A stretch of 64,000 nt of DNA from Latescibacteria bacterium UBA6620 (GTDB lineage: Bacteria > Latescibacterota > UBA2968), in contig DJHM01000011.1 in assembly GCA_002433075.1 (NCBI GenBank), forward strand, positions 216,522-280,521, read 5' to 3'. The notes below the pieces were generated by a model, which had not been told where the DNA came from, made no database searches, and was given only the letters and a program-made list of their open reading frames with translations. The position numbers were made by a program, and so were the translations under genes. Positions 18,069 through 27,293 of the stretch are shown piece by piece (the stretch's first letter is position 1; the number at the start of each line of letters is the position of its first letter).

Positions 18069-19238
18069 TCAGCCCAGTCTCTTCTTTTCTTCGATATGCC
18101 ACTCTTGGTCCGGCATGGGCATCGGCTCCAGCGGGCCCAGGCCCGCTTCGTTCCGCCATCGCGCCAGTGGATGCTCGCGGTTGGCTTGCGGGAGGTTGAC
18201 GCGGGTACCGTAGGCGGCCGACTCGAAGATGCCCATGATGATTTCCACGACGTGGCGGCCTTCGTACCCGCTGCATTCGTGTTCCCGACCTTCATCCAAC
18301 GCCCGGACGTACTCATCGACGAACCAGTAGTCCCCGTCCGTGAGGTTCCCTTCCGGGATCAGCTTGGCCGCTTCCTCGAAGCTATCCGGATAAAGCGGCT
18401 TCAGCTTCTGCCAACGATCCAGTCCGTCTGTCGGCACCGCGTGAGGGTTGGGTAGAAACCAGGCGCCTCGCGTGTGCCAGAGAAGACGGCCCTCGGTCCC
18501 GTAGAGTTCGATCACGTGCGCGTGGACGTCCATCTCTTCGAACTGATGCTGGAGGAGCGTCCCCGTCACACCGTTCTCGAACTGCAAAGTCGCCGTCACG
18601 TGATCCCCAGCGATCGTTCCGTTGCCACGGGGCGCCGGCAGGACGTCTTTCGGCGTAATCGCCCGACCTCGTGTGGTCGCGTGCGCCGTGACACTCTGAC
18701 AGTGACCCCCGAATCTCAGCATGCTGTTCAGCAAGTGCGTGCCGATCTCCATCAACCCGAAGCCGCCGTAGTACCCCTTGCCGCTTGCGAAGATGTATCG
18801 CAGATCTCCGATCCTGCCTTCGTCGAAGAGCTTTCCGACGGCCTGCGCCCATCCGTGGAGGCGCCACTGGTGATGCACGGCGACCCGAACGCCCTTCTCC
18901 TCCGCCTTCGCCATGACAGCATCGGTCTCGAGCAGATCCATCCCCATCGGCTTCTCGACCTCGATGTTGACCCCGTGCTCCAGCACACGCAGCGCCAGAG
19001 GTGCGTGCAGGGCCGGCGCGGTAGGAATCGCGACCAGGTCGGGGCTCGTCTCACGAATCATCTCATCCAGATCCGTAAATCGTGCCGAGACGTTCAGCTC
19101 GTCGCCAAGCGTATCCAGTCGATCCTGCAGCAGATCGCAAAGGCCGACCACTTCAGTACGAGGATGGGCGTGATAGACTCTGGCGGCTGCCGTCCCTCGG
19201 GATCGACAGCCCAGGATAACCACTCGATACGTTTTCAT
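18069..19238 (-). CDS. Gfo/Idh/MocA family oxidoreductase
   Basis: 389 aa; MKTYRVVILGCRSRGTAAA..., EKPMG motif. Confidence 0.85.
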   Translation of the reverse strand: MKTYRVVILGCRSRGTAAARVYHAHPRTEVVGLCDLLQDRLDTLGDELNVSARFTDLDEMIRETSPDLVAIPTAPALHAPLALRVLEHGVNIEVEKPMGMDLLETDAVMAKAEEKGVRVAVHHQWRLHGWAQAVGKLFDEGRIGDLRYIFASGKGYYGGFGLMEIGTHLLNSMLRFGGHCQSVTAHATTRGRAITPKDVLPAPRGNGTIAGDHVTATLQFENGVTGTLLQHQFEEMDVHAHVIELYGTEGRLLWHTRGAWFLPNPHAVPTDGLDRWQKLKPLYPDSFEEAAKLIPEGNLTDGDYWFVDEYVRALDEGREHECSGYEGRHVVEIIMGIFESAAYGTRVNLPQANREHPLARWRNEAGLGPLEPMPMPDQEWHIEEKKRLG

Positions 19239-19299
19239 CGCTCCACGCTTTCTGGAATTGGTTTCCGAAACCAGAGCCTCACGCTCTCAGGTCCCGCAT

Positions 19300-20415
19300 T
19301 TACAAAAGCCACGGATTCGTCGGATCGGCCAGCGGAAGATCAATCCGCTCCCCACTCAGGTGGGACTGATAGGCTCCCACCAGCATCTCCACGCCGATCG
19401 CACCGACCTCGATCGTCGACGACTCGGGACGTGGATCCCCCCCGTCCACGAGTCGCACGAGATCCTCGCAGATGACGTGATTGCTCCAATCGGTCGGATG
19501 CACGCCTTCGGGAATCCAGTCATTGCCCCCCAGAGACTCCCACTCGACCCCCGGCTCTGCGGGAAACACATCTCCGCGGGGGAAGACGTGGAACTGACCG
19601 AGGGGCTGATTGCGAGCAGTAACTACGGCATTCTGGTAGTAGAAATCCACCCCTAGCCGATCGCTCCCGTAGCTGCCGTCGCCGACCGGCATCGATTCGA
19701 ACGTACCTACAACCCCGCTCGGGAACTGATACTGAGCTGAAATCCGATCCCCCGCCATCGGCCCCGCCCCCAGGTACTCGACGTACCGAGCATCGTCTCG
19801 GGTCGCCGGCCTCCCGTCCAGCGTGACGGCGCCCCAACAGGAAGTAGGGGCTTCGCCAGTCAGGTAGAGCATCGAGTCGAACACGTGGGGCGTATGGATC
19901 ATCGCCTCGTGCACACCCGCCCGGTGGTCGCCTTTATCCATCGTGCGCACGCGGGTCAGAGAACCCCATTCCCCTTGAGCTGCTCGTCGACGAATCTCCT
20001 GCATCGTCGGGTGTTCGCGACTGCGATGTGCGAGCACTACCGGCACGCCTCGATCGGCTGCCGTCTGGCGCAGAAGCCTTACCTGATGGGGCCAGGCCGC
20101 GATCGTCTTCTCCGCGAACACCCCTTTCACGCCAGCTTCCAGCGCCGCCAGAAATTCCTCAACGCGCCCATCGTCGAACCAATGACGGGCGATGACGGCG
20201 ATGTCCGGCTTCTCACGTTCCAGCATCTCGCGATAGTCGGCGTAGGACGACGACGCCCCACATTCAGCCGCCAGCCGCGCTCGCCCTTCCGCATCTGGAT
20301 CGGACAGCGCCACCATGTCCACGCGCGAGTTCAGATGAAATGCACGATGCATCCGATGGCCCGCGCCGCCCCGGCTCGTGTCGGCAATCGTCACGGCTCT
20401 ATACGTATCTGCCAC
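19300..20415 (-). CDS. Gfo/Idh/MocA-like oxidoreductase (divergent)
   Basis: 371 aa; family-like layout (VALSDPDAEG..., AEKTIA) but a poor Rossmann consensus. Confidence 0.65.
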   Translation of the reverse strand: MADTYRAVTIADTSRGGAGHRMHRAFHLNSRVDMVALSDPDAEGRARLAAECGASSSYADYREMLEREKPDIAVIARHWFDDGRVEEFLAALEAGVKGVFAEKTIAAWPHQVRLLRQTAADRGVPVVLAHRSREHPTMQEIRRRAAQGEWGSLTRVRTMDKGDHRAGVHEAMIHTPHVFDSMLYLTGEAPTSCWGAVTLDGRPATRDDARYVEYLGAGPMAGDRISAQYQFPSGVVGTFESMPVGDGSYGSDRLGVDFYYQNAVVTARNQPLGQFHVFPRGDVFPAEPGVEWESLGGNDWIPEGVHPTDWSNHVICEDLVRLVDGGDPRPESSTIEVGAIGVEMLVGAYQSHLSGERIDLPLADPTNPWLL

Positions 20416-20845
20416 GATTTCAGATCTCCTCTCTAGCGGGTGACTTAGACTGAGATTGTAATTTGCTCACAAAGCGTCCGTCGTGCTGCGCCAAAGTGCA
20501 ACGGCCGCTCAGACTGGCCGCAGAATTCCCAGCCTCAAAGTGCCTTACGATAATGAGTAAGGGTGACCTTCCTGGCCGCGACAAGGAACCTTGGAAGGAG
20601 ACCATACCGGTCGCCAACCTGGGGGGTCAGGAGGGTCACTCCTTGGCGTCAGTTCAAGCCCTTGTGGGGAGACTGACGATCGCATAGTTTCAGGTATAGA
20701 TCCTGCCGAGGAAGTGAAGGCAGGCCAGATGGCCTTAGCAGCAAGGGTTATCTGCAAGAACCGTTTCCATCCGGGAGCGGGTTGCGGACCCTTGCGCGTG
20801 TTCAGGGCCGGCGACCTCCTTTCGGATGCCACGAAAGGAGAATTT

Positions 20846-21271
20846 TTGTACCGATCTTACAACCAGTCACGGGAGATGTTCGGCAGAAAGAGGCGATTCG
20901 ATCCAGAACACTGGGAGATCCCGGTGGATCCCGAACACCTCTATCGATTTCCATCCAGCGAAGGGTTGCACCACGAATCCGAAGAAGACGCACGTGCCCG
21001 CCAGGAAAGGACCGACTGGGTCCGAAGAGCGTTCCCCGTCGTTGAAAAGCTCATCCAGCAGGTCTTGACCGATCGGCAGAAACAGATCGTCCGAATGTAC
21101 TTCCCGGAACGGATGACCGAAAAGGAGATCGCAGGCAAACTGGGACTGTCCACGACCAGTGTCAGCCAGCACCTGTTTGGAAAGGTTCGGGGTGGGAAGC
21201 GAGTCGGTGGAGCGATCCCAAAGCTCAGGAGAAGATTGAGCGAGGACGATGGTTGGGACGTCCGCCCGTGA
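20846..21271 (+). CDS. small sigma-70 region-4 (HTH) domain protein
   Basis: The C-terminus LTDRQKQIVRMYFPERMTEKEIAGKLGLSTTSVSQHLFG is a sigma70_r4/LuxR-like HTH. Possible TTG start at 20846 after AAAGGAG, or ATG at 20876. No sigma region 2 is visible. Confidence 0.45.
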   Translation: MYRSYNQSREMFGRKRRFDPEHWEIPVDPEHLYRFPSSEGLHHESEEDARARQERTDWVRRAFPVVEKLIQQVLTDRQKQIVRMYFPERMTEKEIAGKLGLSTTSVSQHLFGKVRGGKRVGGAIPKLRRRLSEDDGWDVRP

Positions 21272-21296
21272 CCGAAGATCGCGTTCCCATCGGCTA

Positions 21297-22844
21297 TCAC
21301 GAATCGGCGGGCGATCCCTTGGTGAACTGAAACGCGTAGAGTTTGCAGTCCTGCAGGATGAAGCGGATCCGAATCGACTTTCCGGCCAGTCGCCCCACCC
21401 CAGGGCCATTGGCCCAGGACACCGGCATGCGCACCGAGTTTCCGCATACAAAGACCCCGTCTCGCTCGGCGTAGCCTTCGATCGGCGTGCCATATGCGTC
21501 CTGGAATTCCACCTTGGCCGAACCCCCACCACCGGTATCGACGTTCAACTCCATCCGGTTCCCTTCGAAACGCACGACCGGGGTCACGATCTCCCCACCG
21601 TCATATCCCGCGTCGGCGGACACAAATCCATCCAATCGTAGAATGGCTCGCCCGATCCCCGAAAGGCGCCCTTCCGCAGCAGGATCCACAAAACCGTCGT
21701 GGTCCCGGTTCGCGCCGGTGAAGTAGAACCACAGCTCGTCCCCTATCGGGACCGGGTTTGGCATCGCCCACACGGTGCGGGAGGAGAAACTGCCTTCGGG
21801 TCCGGGACTCAGGAAAGGTCGGCGCCCGCCGCAGCGTTGGAAGTGGATCCCGTCCCGACTGACTGAAAGACGGGCGTCAAAGCGGCTGGGACCGTAGACC
21901 TCCTGCGTTTCCTCGCGGGCGACTTCCAGATCGTCACGGACGGTCGTCACCGTTCGCTCGCGATTGAAGAAGGCCCAGTTGGCCTGAGCAAGCATCACGT
22001 AAACGCCCTGGTCGTCCGGATACTTGAAAACCGCTGCGCCGTAGTAGTCAACGGGCACCCTGCCGTAGGGTTGGTCCGGTCCCAGGGAATCCAACGCCGG
22101 GGTAACGTCGTACGTCGATCGATCGACCTCGTCCGGCCACATCACGATCTTCTGGTTTTCCCAATGAATCAGATCGTCCGACTCGAGCCGCCTGACAGTC
22201 CGGAAGTTCTCGTTCCCTTCGGCCGTGGTGTGGCGCTTGGCGAACCAGTGCCGGGTATAGAGGACATACCGCCCAACCGAAGGGTCCCAGAAGACGATGC
22301 TCTGGGTGTCCCAGCCGCCTCGCTTCTCGAGTTGAATCCGACGCAGGAAGTTCCATTTGAGGCCATCGGGTGAACTGTGCGCGTGAAACTGCATCGCCAC
22401 ATCGGGATTGTAGACTTTAGTCTGATTCTTGTAGCGCTCCTCCGGTGGCGCGTTCGGATCGATCCAGATCGAACATCCGCCCAGCTTGCTCGGAATGACG
22501 ATATTGTTGGCCGTTGAGCCCTCCTCTTCGACGAGACCCAGCTCCGGTTTCTCGAAGTGAACGCCGTCGTCGGACTCAGCGTAGCCGACCCACGCCTGAT
22601 CCAGAGCCCGATCATCGATTCTGTTGACGTGATACCAGACACGAACCTTTCCGTCCACCTTCATCGCGGAGCTGTAAGGCCCGTAGTGTGTGGTCGTCGG
22701 ATCTTCCAACGGCGTATCGGGACGCAGAACCGGGTCCGGACACACATACGGAGTGTTCATCAAGAGTTCCACACCACGACGTGAAGCACACAATCGGTCA
22801 TCGATGAAGAGTTGTTTGCGGTCGGCGATATCAATCGGTTGCAC
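21297..22844 (-). CDS. GH-like beta-propeller protein with N-terminal 'RKQLFIDD' motif and Asp-box-like repeats (predicted glycosidase)
   Basis: 515 aa; MQPIDIADRKQLFIDDRL N-terminus and repeated SxDGxxW/F-like motifs. It is a paralogue of 59857.., 61818.. and 63640... Confidence 0.5.
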   Translation of the reverse strand: MQPIDIADRKQLFIDDRLCASRRGVELLMNTPYVCPDPVLRPDTPLEDPTTTHYGPYSSAMKVDGKVRVWYHVNRIDDRALDQAWVGYAESDDGVHFEKPELGLVEEEGSTANNIVIPSKLGGCSIWIDPNAPPEERYKNQTKVYNPDVAMQFHAHSSPDGLKWNFLRRIQLEKRGGWDTQSIVFWDPSVGRYVLYTRHWFAKRHTTAEGNENFRTVRRLESDDLIHWENQKIVMWPDEVDRSTYDVTPALDSLGPDQPYGRVPVDYYGAAVFKYPDDQGVYVMLAQANWAFFNRERTVTTVRDDLEVAREETQEVYGPSRFDARLSVSRDGIHFQRCGGRRPFLSPGPEGSFSSRTVWAMPNPVPIGDELWFYFTGANRDHDGFVDPAAEGRLSGIGRAILRLDGFVSADAGYDGGEIVTPVVRFEGNRMELNVDTGGGGSAKVEFQDAYGTPIEGYAERDGVFVCGNSVRMPVSWANGPGVGRLAGKSIRIRFILQDCKLYAFQFTKGSPADS

Positions 22845-22919
22845 TGCGACCCCTTATCGCTACTTTGTCAGCGGACCTGCGAGACGTGAGCAATCTATAA
22901 CGAAAAGTGAGAGACACCC

Positions 22920-24071
22920 GTGAAACATTCAGTGCTCTACTTTGATGAGGCTCGATACTCCAGTTTTCCTGACGTCGCGAAGGGAGAAAGCGACAGGCTC
23001 TGGGTCGGCTTCGATTGGAATGCCCACACCCCGCTGGCACGGGGTGCCGAGGGTGCGGCAGCCTCCCACGCCGGGGGGCTGGCGGGGGGTGAAACGGGTC
23101 ACGTGGAGCTCTACTCTCCCAACGGAGGACAGAATTGGCTCGAAGAAGGGAAAGACGATCGATACCGGCCGTGCCCGGAACCACTCAGAAGTGCGGTGCT
23201 TTCCGACGGCACCCAGATCAGAATATCGAAGCCGGTCTCGACCTACCAGCCTGATCAGAAGGAGCTGTTTGAAAAGCGCGGGTTTGCAGTCGAGGTGTAT
23301 CCCGAAAAGATCAACGTCGAACATCGCCTGGAACTACGGAGGAAGAGACCGGGGGAAGAGAGCTGGGAGGTCCGTACGCTCGAAAGTGGCGAGGAGTTGC
23401 CGTTCTTCGCTCTTGCAAGGAACGGCACGGATCTGACGAGCTGCGTCCTCCAGGACGATACCATCGTGCATCAGATCTACGGGAGCGCAGAAGCCGGGGA
23501 TCCGTTTCGTGCGTGGGTACTACGATCGGAGAATGCGGGCGACTCGTGGGAGATGGTGACGATGGCCTACGACGGCGATCTGAACCCGTTCAACGAAAGC
23601 TCCCTGCTGTGTCTTCCGAGCGGCCGTATCGTCGCCCTCGTCCGAACGGCCAGCGCCAGCAAGCGGATTCCCACGGATGAAAAGTATCTGTGGCAGACAC
23701 ACTCCGACGACGGCGGAAAAACGTGGAGCGAGATCAGAAGGACTGACATCTGGGGCTATCCACCCCATCTGTTGAGGCTGAGCAACGGCAGCGTGCTGTG
23801 CAGCTACGGCCACCGGCGAACTCCCTATGGCATCCGCGCCTGCGTTTCCCACGATGAGTGCGAAACGTGGAACATCGAGAATGAAATCGTACTTCGTGCG
23901 GACGGATTGACCACGAACGGAACGGTCACGGGGAAAGGTGTCGCCGCCGATCTGGGATACCCGAGAACCGTCGAGCTCTCCGACGGCTCGCTCTATACGG
24001 TCTACTACATCACCCTTGGCGATGGCGTGACCCACGTGGCTTCCACCCGGTGGTCGCTGGATCGGGCCTAA
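22920..24071 (+). CDS. BNR/Asp-box repeat exo-alpha-sialidase-like glycosidase
   Basis: 383 aa; Asp-boxes SPNGGQNW, SENAGDSW, SDDGGKTW. Confidence 0.75.
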   Translation: MKHSVLYFDEARYSSFPDVAKGESDRLWVGFDWNAHTPLARGAEGAAASHAGGLAGGETGHVELYSPNGGQNWLEEGKDDRYRPCPEPLRSAVLSDGTQIRISKPVSTYQPDQKELFEKRGFAVEVYPEKINVEHRLELRRKRPGEESWEVRTLESGEELPFFALARNGTDLTSCVLQDDTIVHQIYGSAEAGDPFRAWVLRSENAGDSWEMVTMAYDGDLNPFNESSLLCLPSGRIVALVRTASASKRIPTDEKYLWQTHSDDGGKTWSEIRRTDIWGYPPHLLRLSNGSVLCSYGHRRTPYGIRACVSHDECETWNIENEIVLRADGLTTNGTVTGKGVAADLGYPRTVELSDGSLYTVYYITLGDGVTHVASTRWSLDRA

Positions 24072-24114
24072 TCCAAACGCACGTCTGGAATCTCAAAGAA
24101 CCGCGCCGAGTGGG

Positions 24115-24738
24115 CTATGCCTGCCAGCCGTTGTAAACGAACGCGTTCTGGACCGGCTCGGGACTCTCTCGTTCGATTCTGTCCAGCAGGGCCAGTAGGC
24201 GTGATCTGAAATTCTCCTCAACATCCAGCTCGTTCTCAAGCCGGCTGCCCTCTTCCAGGAAATGCTTGAGATCCCTGCCCATAGCGCGTCCCTTCACCGT
24301 ATGCTTGTCCAGGGCGAAATCGGGGATCTCCGGCTTACGTTGACCGATCGCGAATTCCATTTTCACGATGTTCTTCAGGTTGTCACTGGTACGATCTTTC
24401 TTCGCCGCTGCCAGATAACGTATGGCGTGGACGAAGAAGAGAGGGCGATCGCCATCCGCGTAGGGGAAGTCCTTCCGCATCTGATTCAGTGCATTGATCA
24501 GGACCGGTGCGCTGAGATCGCCGAATCCTACATCCTCCACCGAAATGGCCTGAAGCCTTCGCCACAGCTTGTCCTCGAACTGCTCGCTCGTGATATACAT
24601 CTCGTAGGCGAAGGTCACCGCTTCCTCTGCCAACCCTCTCCGAATCGACTTCTGGAGCGCCGAGATGACCAGATCACCTTGAACCCCGTTCCGGGTTGTC
24701 ACTCCGCTCCAGGGATCGTACACCGTAGACTCACTCAT
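24115..24738 (-). CDS. RarA/MgsA C-terminal-half homologue (no AAA+ ATPase domain); possible gene remnant
   Basis: 207 aa; DLVISALQKSIRRG...AVTFAYEM...RRLQAISVEDVGFGDLSAPVLINAL...FVHAIRYLAAAKKDRTSDN aligns with the MgsA_C/AAA_assoc region of RarA. Only 66 nt lie upstream before the next gene, so the ATPase domain is absent. Confidence 0.45.
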   Translation of the reverse strand: MSESTVYDPWSGVTTRNGVQGDLVISALQKSIRRGLAEEAVTFAYEMYITSEQFEDKLWRRLQAISVEDVGFGDLSAPVLINALNQMRKDFPYADGDRPLFFVHAIRYLAAAKKDRTSDNLKNIVKMEFAIGQRKPEIPDFALDKHTVKGRAMGRDLKHFLEEGSRLENELDVEENFRSRLLALLDRIERESPEPVQNAFVYNGWQA

Positions 24739-24804
24739 ATCTGTTCCTGTCCGCGTGATGGTTGTTGCACCAGGTGACGCACGGGTCCACCCTGGACACC
24801 GAAG

Positions 24805-25605
24805 TCAAACCGTCTCTAGAACCGTTTCCGGATCGAGGGCTCCCTCGCCAAAAACCCTGGAGAACGTCGTTCCTTTCTTGTCACTTGCCCAGCCATCCAT
24901 ATAACACACGCTGAAGGCACGACGAGGCACGCGCGTCGGATTAACTTCAGACGTGTGCAGCAGTCTGTTGTGAAGAAGGATCGCGTGGCCTGCCCGACAC
25001 TCGAGCGTTTCCGGTCTACGTTCCTTTAGCGCGTCCTCGACCTGATCACCATCGAGGAAAACCGTGGTGTCGTCTCCCGCGAGAAGATCGTGGCTCCCCT
25101 CGAGAACCTTGATACACCCGTTTGCGGCAGTCGTATCATCCAGCGCGAGCCAGACTGTGATCTCAGGTGGACGATCGATCTGGCCGAAAAAGTCGCGGTG
25201 CCACGGCAGGACCGTGCCCTGCCCAGCCGGCTTGTTCATAAACATCGCTCGAAGAACTGACACGGGCGTACCCTCACCGTACGCCCGTTGACAGATGTGA
25301 TGGAAGAGTGGCTTCTGCGTGTAGGTCAGAAAAAGGGGATCGAACTCCAGTCCTTGCATCTTTCGATACGCCAGAGTCGCGCCTTTATGCCCCTTGGTCT
25401 GCGGATCCATGTCTTCATACCGACCGGTTTGCGTGTCCAGCTGCATCATGATGCGGTCGTAGGGCACGGGTGCCGTCCCCAACATGATTTCGTCGATCCG
25501 GCGACGCAGCCCCTCCAACTCCTCGTCCGTAACCACGCTGCCCAGCCGCACATAGCCACGCTTCTGGAATTCGTTCCACTCTGCGTCTTTGATGGTTCGT
25601 CGCAT
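24805..25605 (-). CDS. PhyH-family 2OG/Fe(II) dioxygenase
   Basis: 266 aa; WHRDF (HxD), HNRLLHTSEVN distal His. Confidence 0.8.
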   Translation of the reverse strand: MRRTIKDAEWNEFQKRGYVRLGSVVTDEELEGLRRRIDEIMLGTAPVPYDRIMMQLDTQTGRYEDMDPQTKGHKGATLAYRKMQGLEFDPLFLTYTQKPLFHHICQRAYGEGTPVSVLRAMFMNKPAGQGTVLPWHRDFFGQIDRPPEITVWLALDDTTAANGCIKVLEGSHDLLAGDDTTVFLDGDQVEDALKERRPETLECRAGHAILLHNRLLHTSEVNPTRVPRRAFSVCYMDGWASDKKGTTFSRVFGEGALDPETVLETV

Positions 25606-25812
25606 TACGCCTTCCTTCCCTTTCCGCCGTTACCCTCAGGTGTCTACCGTGATGACGCGCAAGGAAAGATCTGTTACCTTGATGATCGCTTGTTGAAGTA
25701 GCCAGATAGACTTGGGAAGCCGCAAGGCCCCCAGAAAAAGCCTCGCTTTTGTCGGAAATCTTCTGGCCACTTCCTCTTTTTCTCCAGTCCCCTGGTTATT
25801 GGGGACCGGCCG

Positions 25813-26175
25813 TTACTTCGACCGCCAGCCAGGCATCTCCTTCTCGGTCGCTGCAACCCTCCTGCACCATAGATCCTTTTCGGTTGGATCGCCGTAGGCC
25901 AGTCCGTCGAGCACTTTCAGGACGTCATCGTTGGAACCCTTGATGAGATTCATCGCGCCCGGGATCGCGGGGAAGTAGTCCAGGTCCTCGTGCAAGCAAT
26001 GGATAACGGTGTCGGTCGCCGTCATCTTCTCCCGCGGTGTGCGGGCACGTGGATAATCTTTCTCGAACTTCAGAAACCCCGGCATCGCCCTGCAACCGTG
26101 GATGAGTCGCTTCTTGTAGGAATTACGATAACGACGCCAGGTCGTTTCCCATCCACACGCTCTACACGTCGCCAT
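25813..26175 (-). CDS. hypothetical protein with N-terminal CxxC
   Basis: 120 aa, MATCRACGW... A second in-frame CxxC (CPVCEESLEVENGAG) lies immediately upstream, but it is separated from any start by a stop. No recognisable family. Confidence 0.3.
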   Translation of the reverse strand: MATCRACGWETTWRRYRNSYKKRLIHGCRAMPGFLKFEKDYPRARTPREKMTATDTVIHCLHEDLDYFPAIPGAMNLIKGSNDDVLKVLDGLAYGDPTEKDLWCRRVAATEKEMPGWRSK

Positions 26176-26688
26176 CCCCGCCCCGTTCTCGACCTCCAGA
26201 CTCTCCTCGCAAACCGGACAAAGTCGGGCCCGTCACGATACGGATCGCTCGGCATCGCACCATCAGGGTGATCCCAACCTCCTCGAGCAGATCTTCGTCA
26301 ACCAGACCGCTCGCCTCTGACGCGTAAAGGCGAACGAGTTTCGATGGCTCGAGTGCGGGCGCCCATCTCAGTTCCTCCGGGCGCTGCCATCCAGATTTCC
26401 CCGTGTTCGATTCTCCCGCAGGGTTATTTCCCTGCTCGTTTCGCGTGATTCTTGGGCCGTTCCCGTCGGAACTCTCGTCGGCGTCCAGAGTCCTTTTCTT
26501 AGACGATCCAGCCGCTCCTCACGCTTCATCAGCCCACGAGGTTCACGTCGCCGACCCCAAAGGATGAGCTCCTGAATTACAGACTCCACAGCGAACTCGC
26601 CCTGATCCTGGGCGCAATCCTGTTTCATGGGTGTGGGGACCGTCGACCGACTGAGCCGGGACCTCTTTCCATCGAGGACCATACGCAG

Positions 26689-27279
26689 GTGCTGTTCTTC
26701 GGGACCGGCCGACTGGGCCGCAATGCCTGTCTCGGGACCCATTGGGTAACCTACCGCGAGGGTTCACGGATCGAGGTCATCCTCGGTTCCACCGTATGCC
26801 CTGAATGTCGTGACCTGGTCGCGACGGAAGTCGCCCGGGTGAACGACGCCGTCCAGGGCTATTTCGTCATGACCACCCGGCAGAGCGACGTCGTGCGCCC
26901 TCCCATCGAACCGGCAATCATCACCGTCGTTGTCCTTCCCATCCCCGAGCTCGTGGCTGACAGTATATGCGGAGATGGCGCCCTCGGCGCTTGTTCCCAT
27001 CCCCTGTTCGACGACGGTTACCTCGAGGGAGGCGAGACGTTCTATCCCGCCAACGAAAACGTGTTCGACATAAACGAAATCGGACACCTGATCGGGCTGT
27101 GCCACGTCCATCCCGAATACGAACCGGGCGGGACGATGGCTGCTGTGGGAATCGATCGCAGTCGCGCCCGATTCAGTGATGAGGAGATGGAGGCGATCCG
27201 GCGCGTCTACTCCGCGGATCTCCCCAACCGGGCGTCTGAGTCCGTCTTTCGGGAGCGCGGCCTCATCCCCGACAACTGA
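26689..27279 (+). CDS. matrixin-like (M10/metzincin) domain protein with NExxHxxGxxH variant
   Basis: VFDINEIGHLIGLCHVHPE aligns with HEXXHXXGXXH but with Asn at the first His position. FSDEEMEAIRRVYS resembles the matrixin C-terminal motif. No clear signal peptide; the start is uncertain. Confidence 0.4.
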   Translation: MLFFGTGRLGRNACLGTHWVTYREGSRIEVILGSTVCPECRDLVATEVARVNDAVQGYFVMTTRQSDVVRPPIEPAIITVVVLPIPELVADSICGDGALGACSHPLFDDGYLEGGETFYPANENVFDINEIGHLIGLCHVHPEYEPGGTMAAVGIDRSRARFSDEEMEAIRRVYSADLPNRASESVFRERGLIPDN

Positions 27280-27293
27280 AACGAGGATCCTCC

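Noticed and set aside
18474-19475. 333-aa plus-strand ORF; also 16183..16914 and 19885..20436
   Set aside because: All are antisense shadow ORFs of the Gfo/Idh/MocA tandem. Their compositions are non-protein-like.
26176-26260. Upstream CPVC...CRAC 'zinc-ribbon' extension of ORF 25813..26175
   Set aside because: It is separated from any start codon by an in-frame stop 10 codons further up. It may be a coincidence or a degraded N-terminus, and the evidence is insufficient to call.
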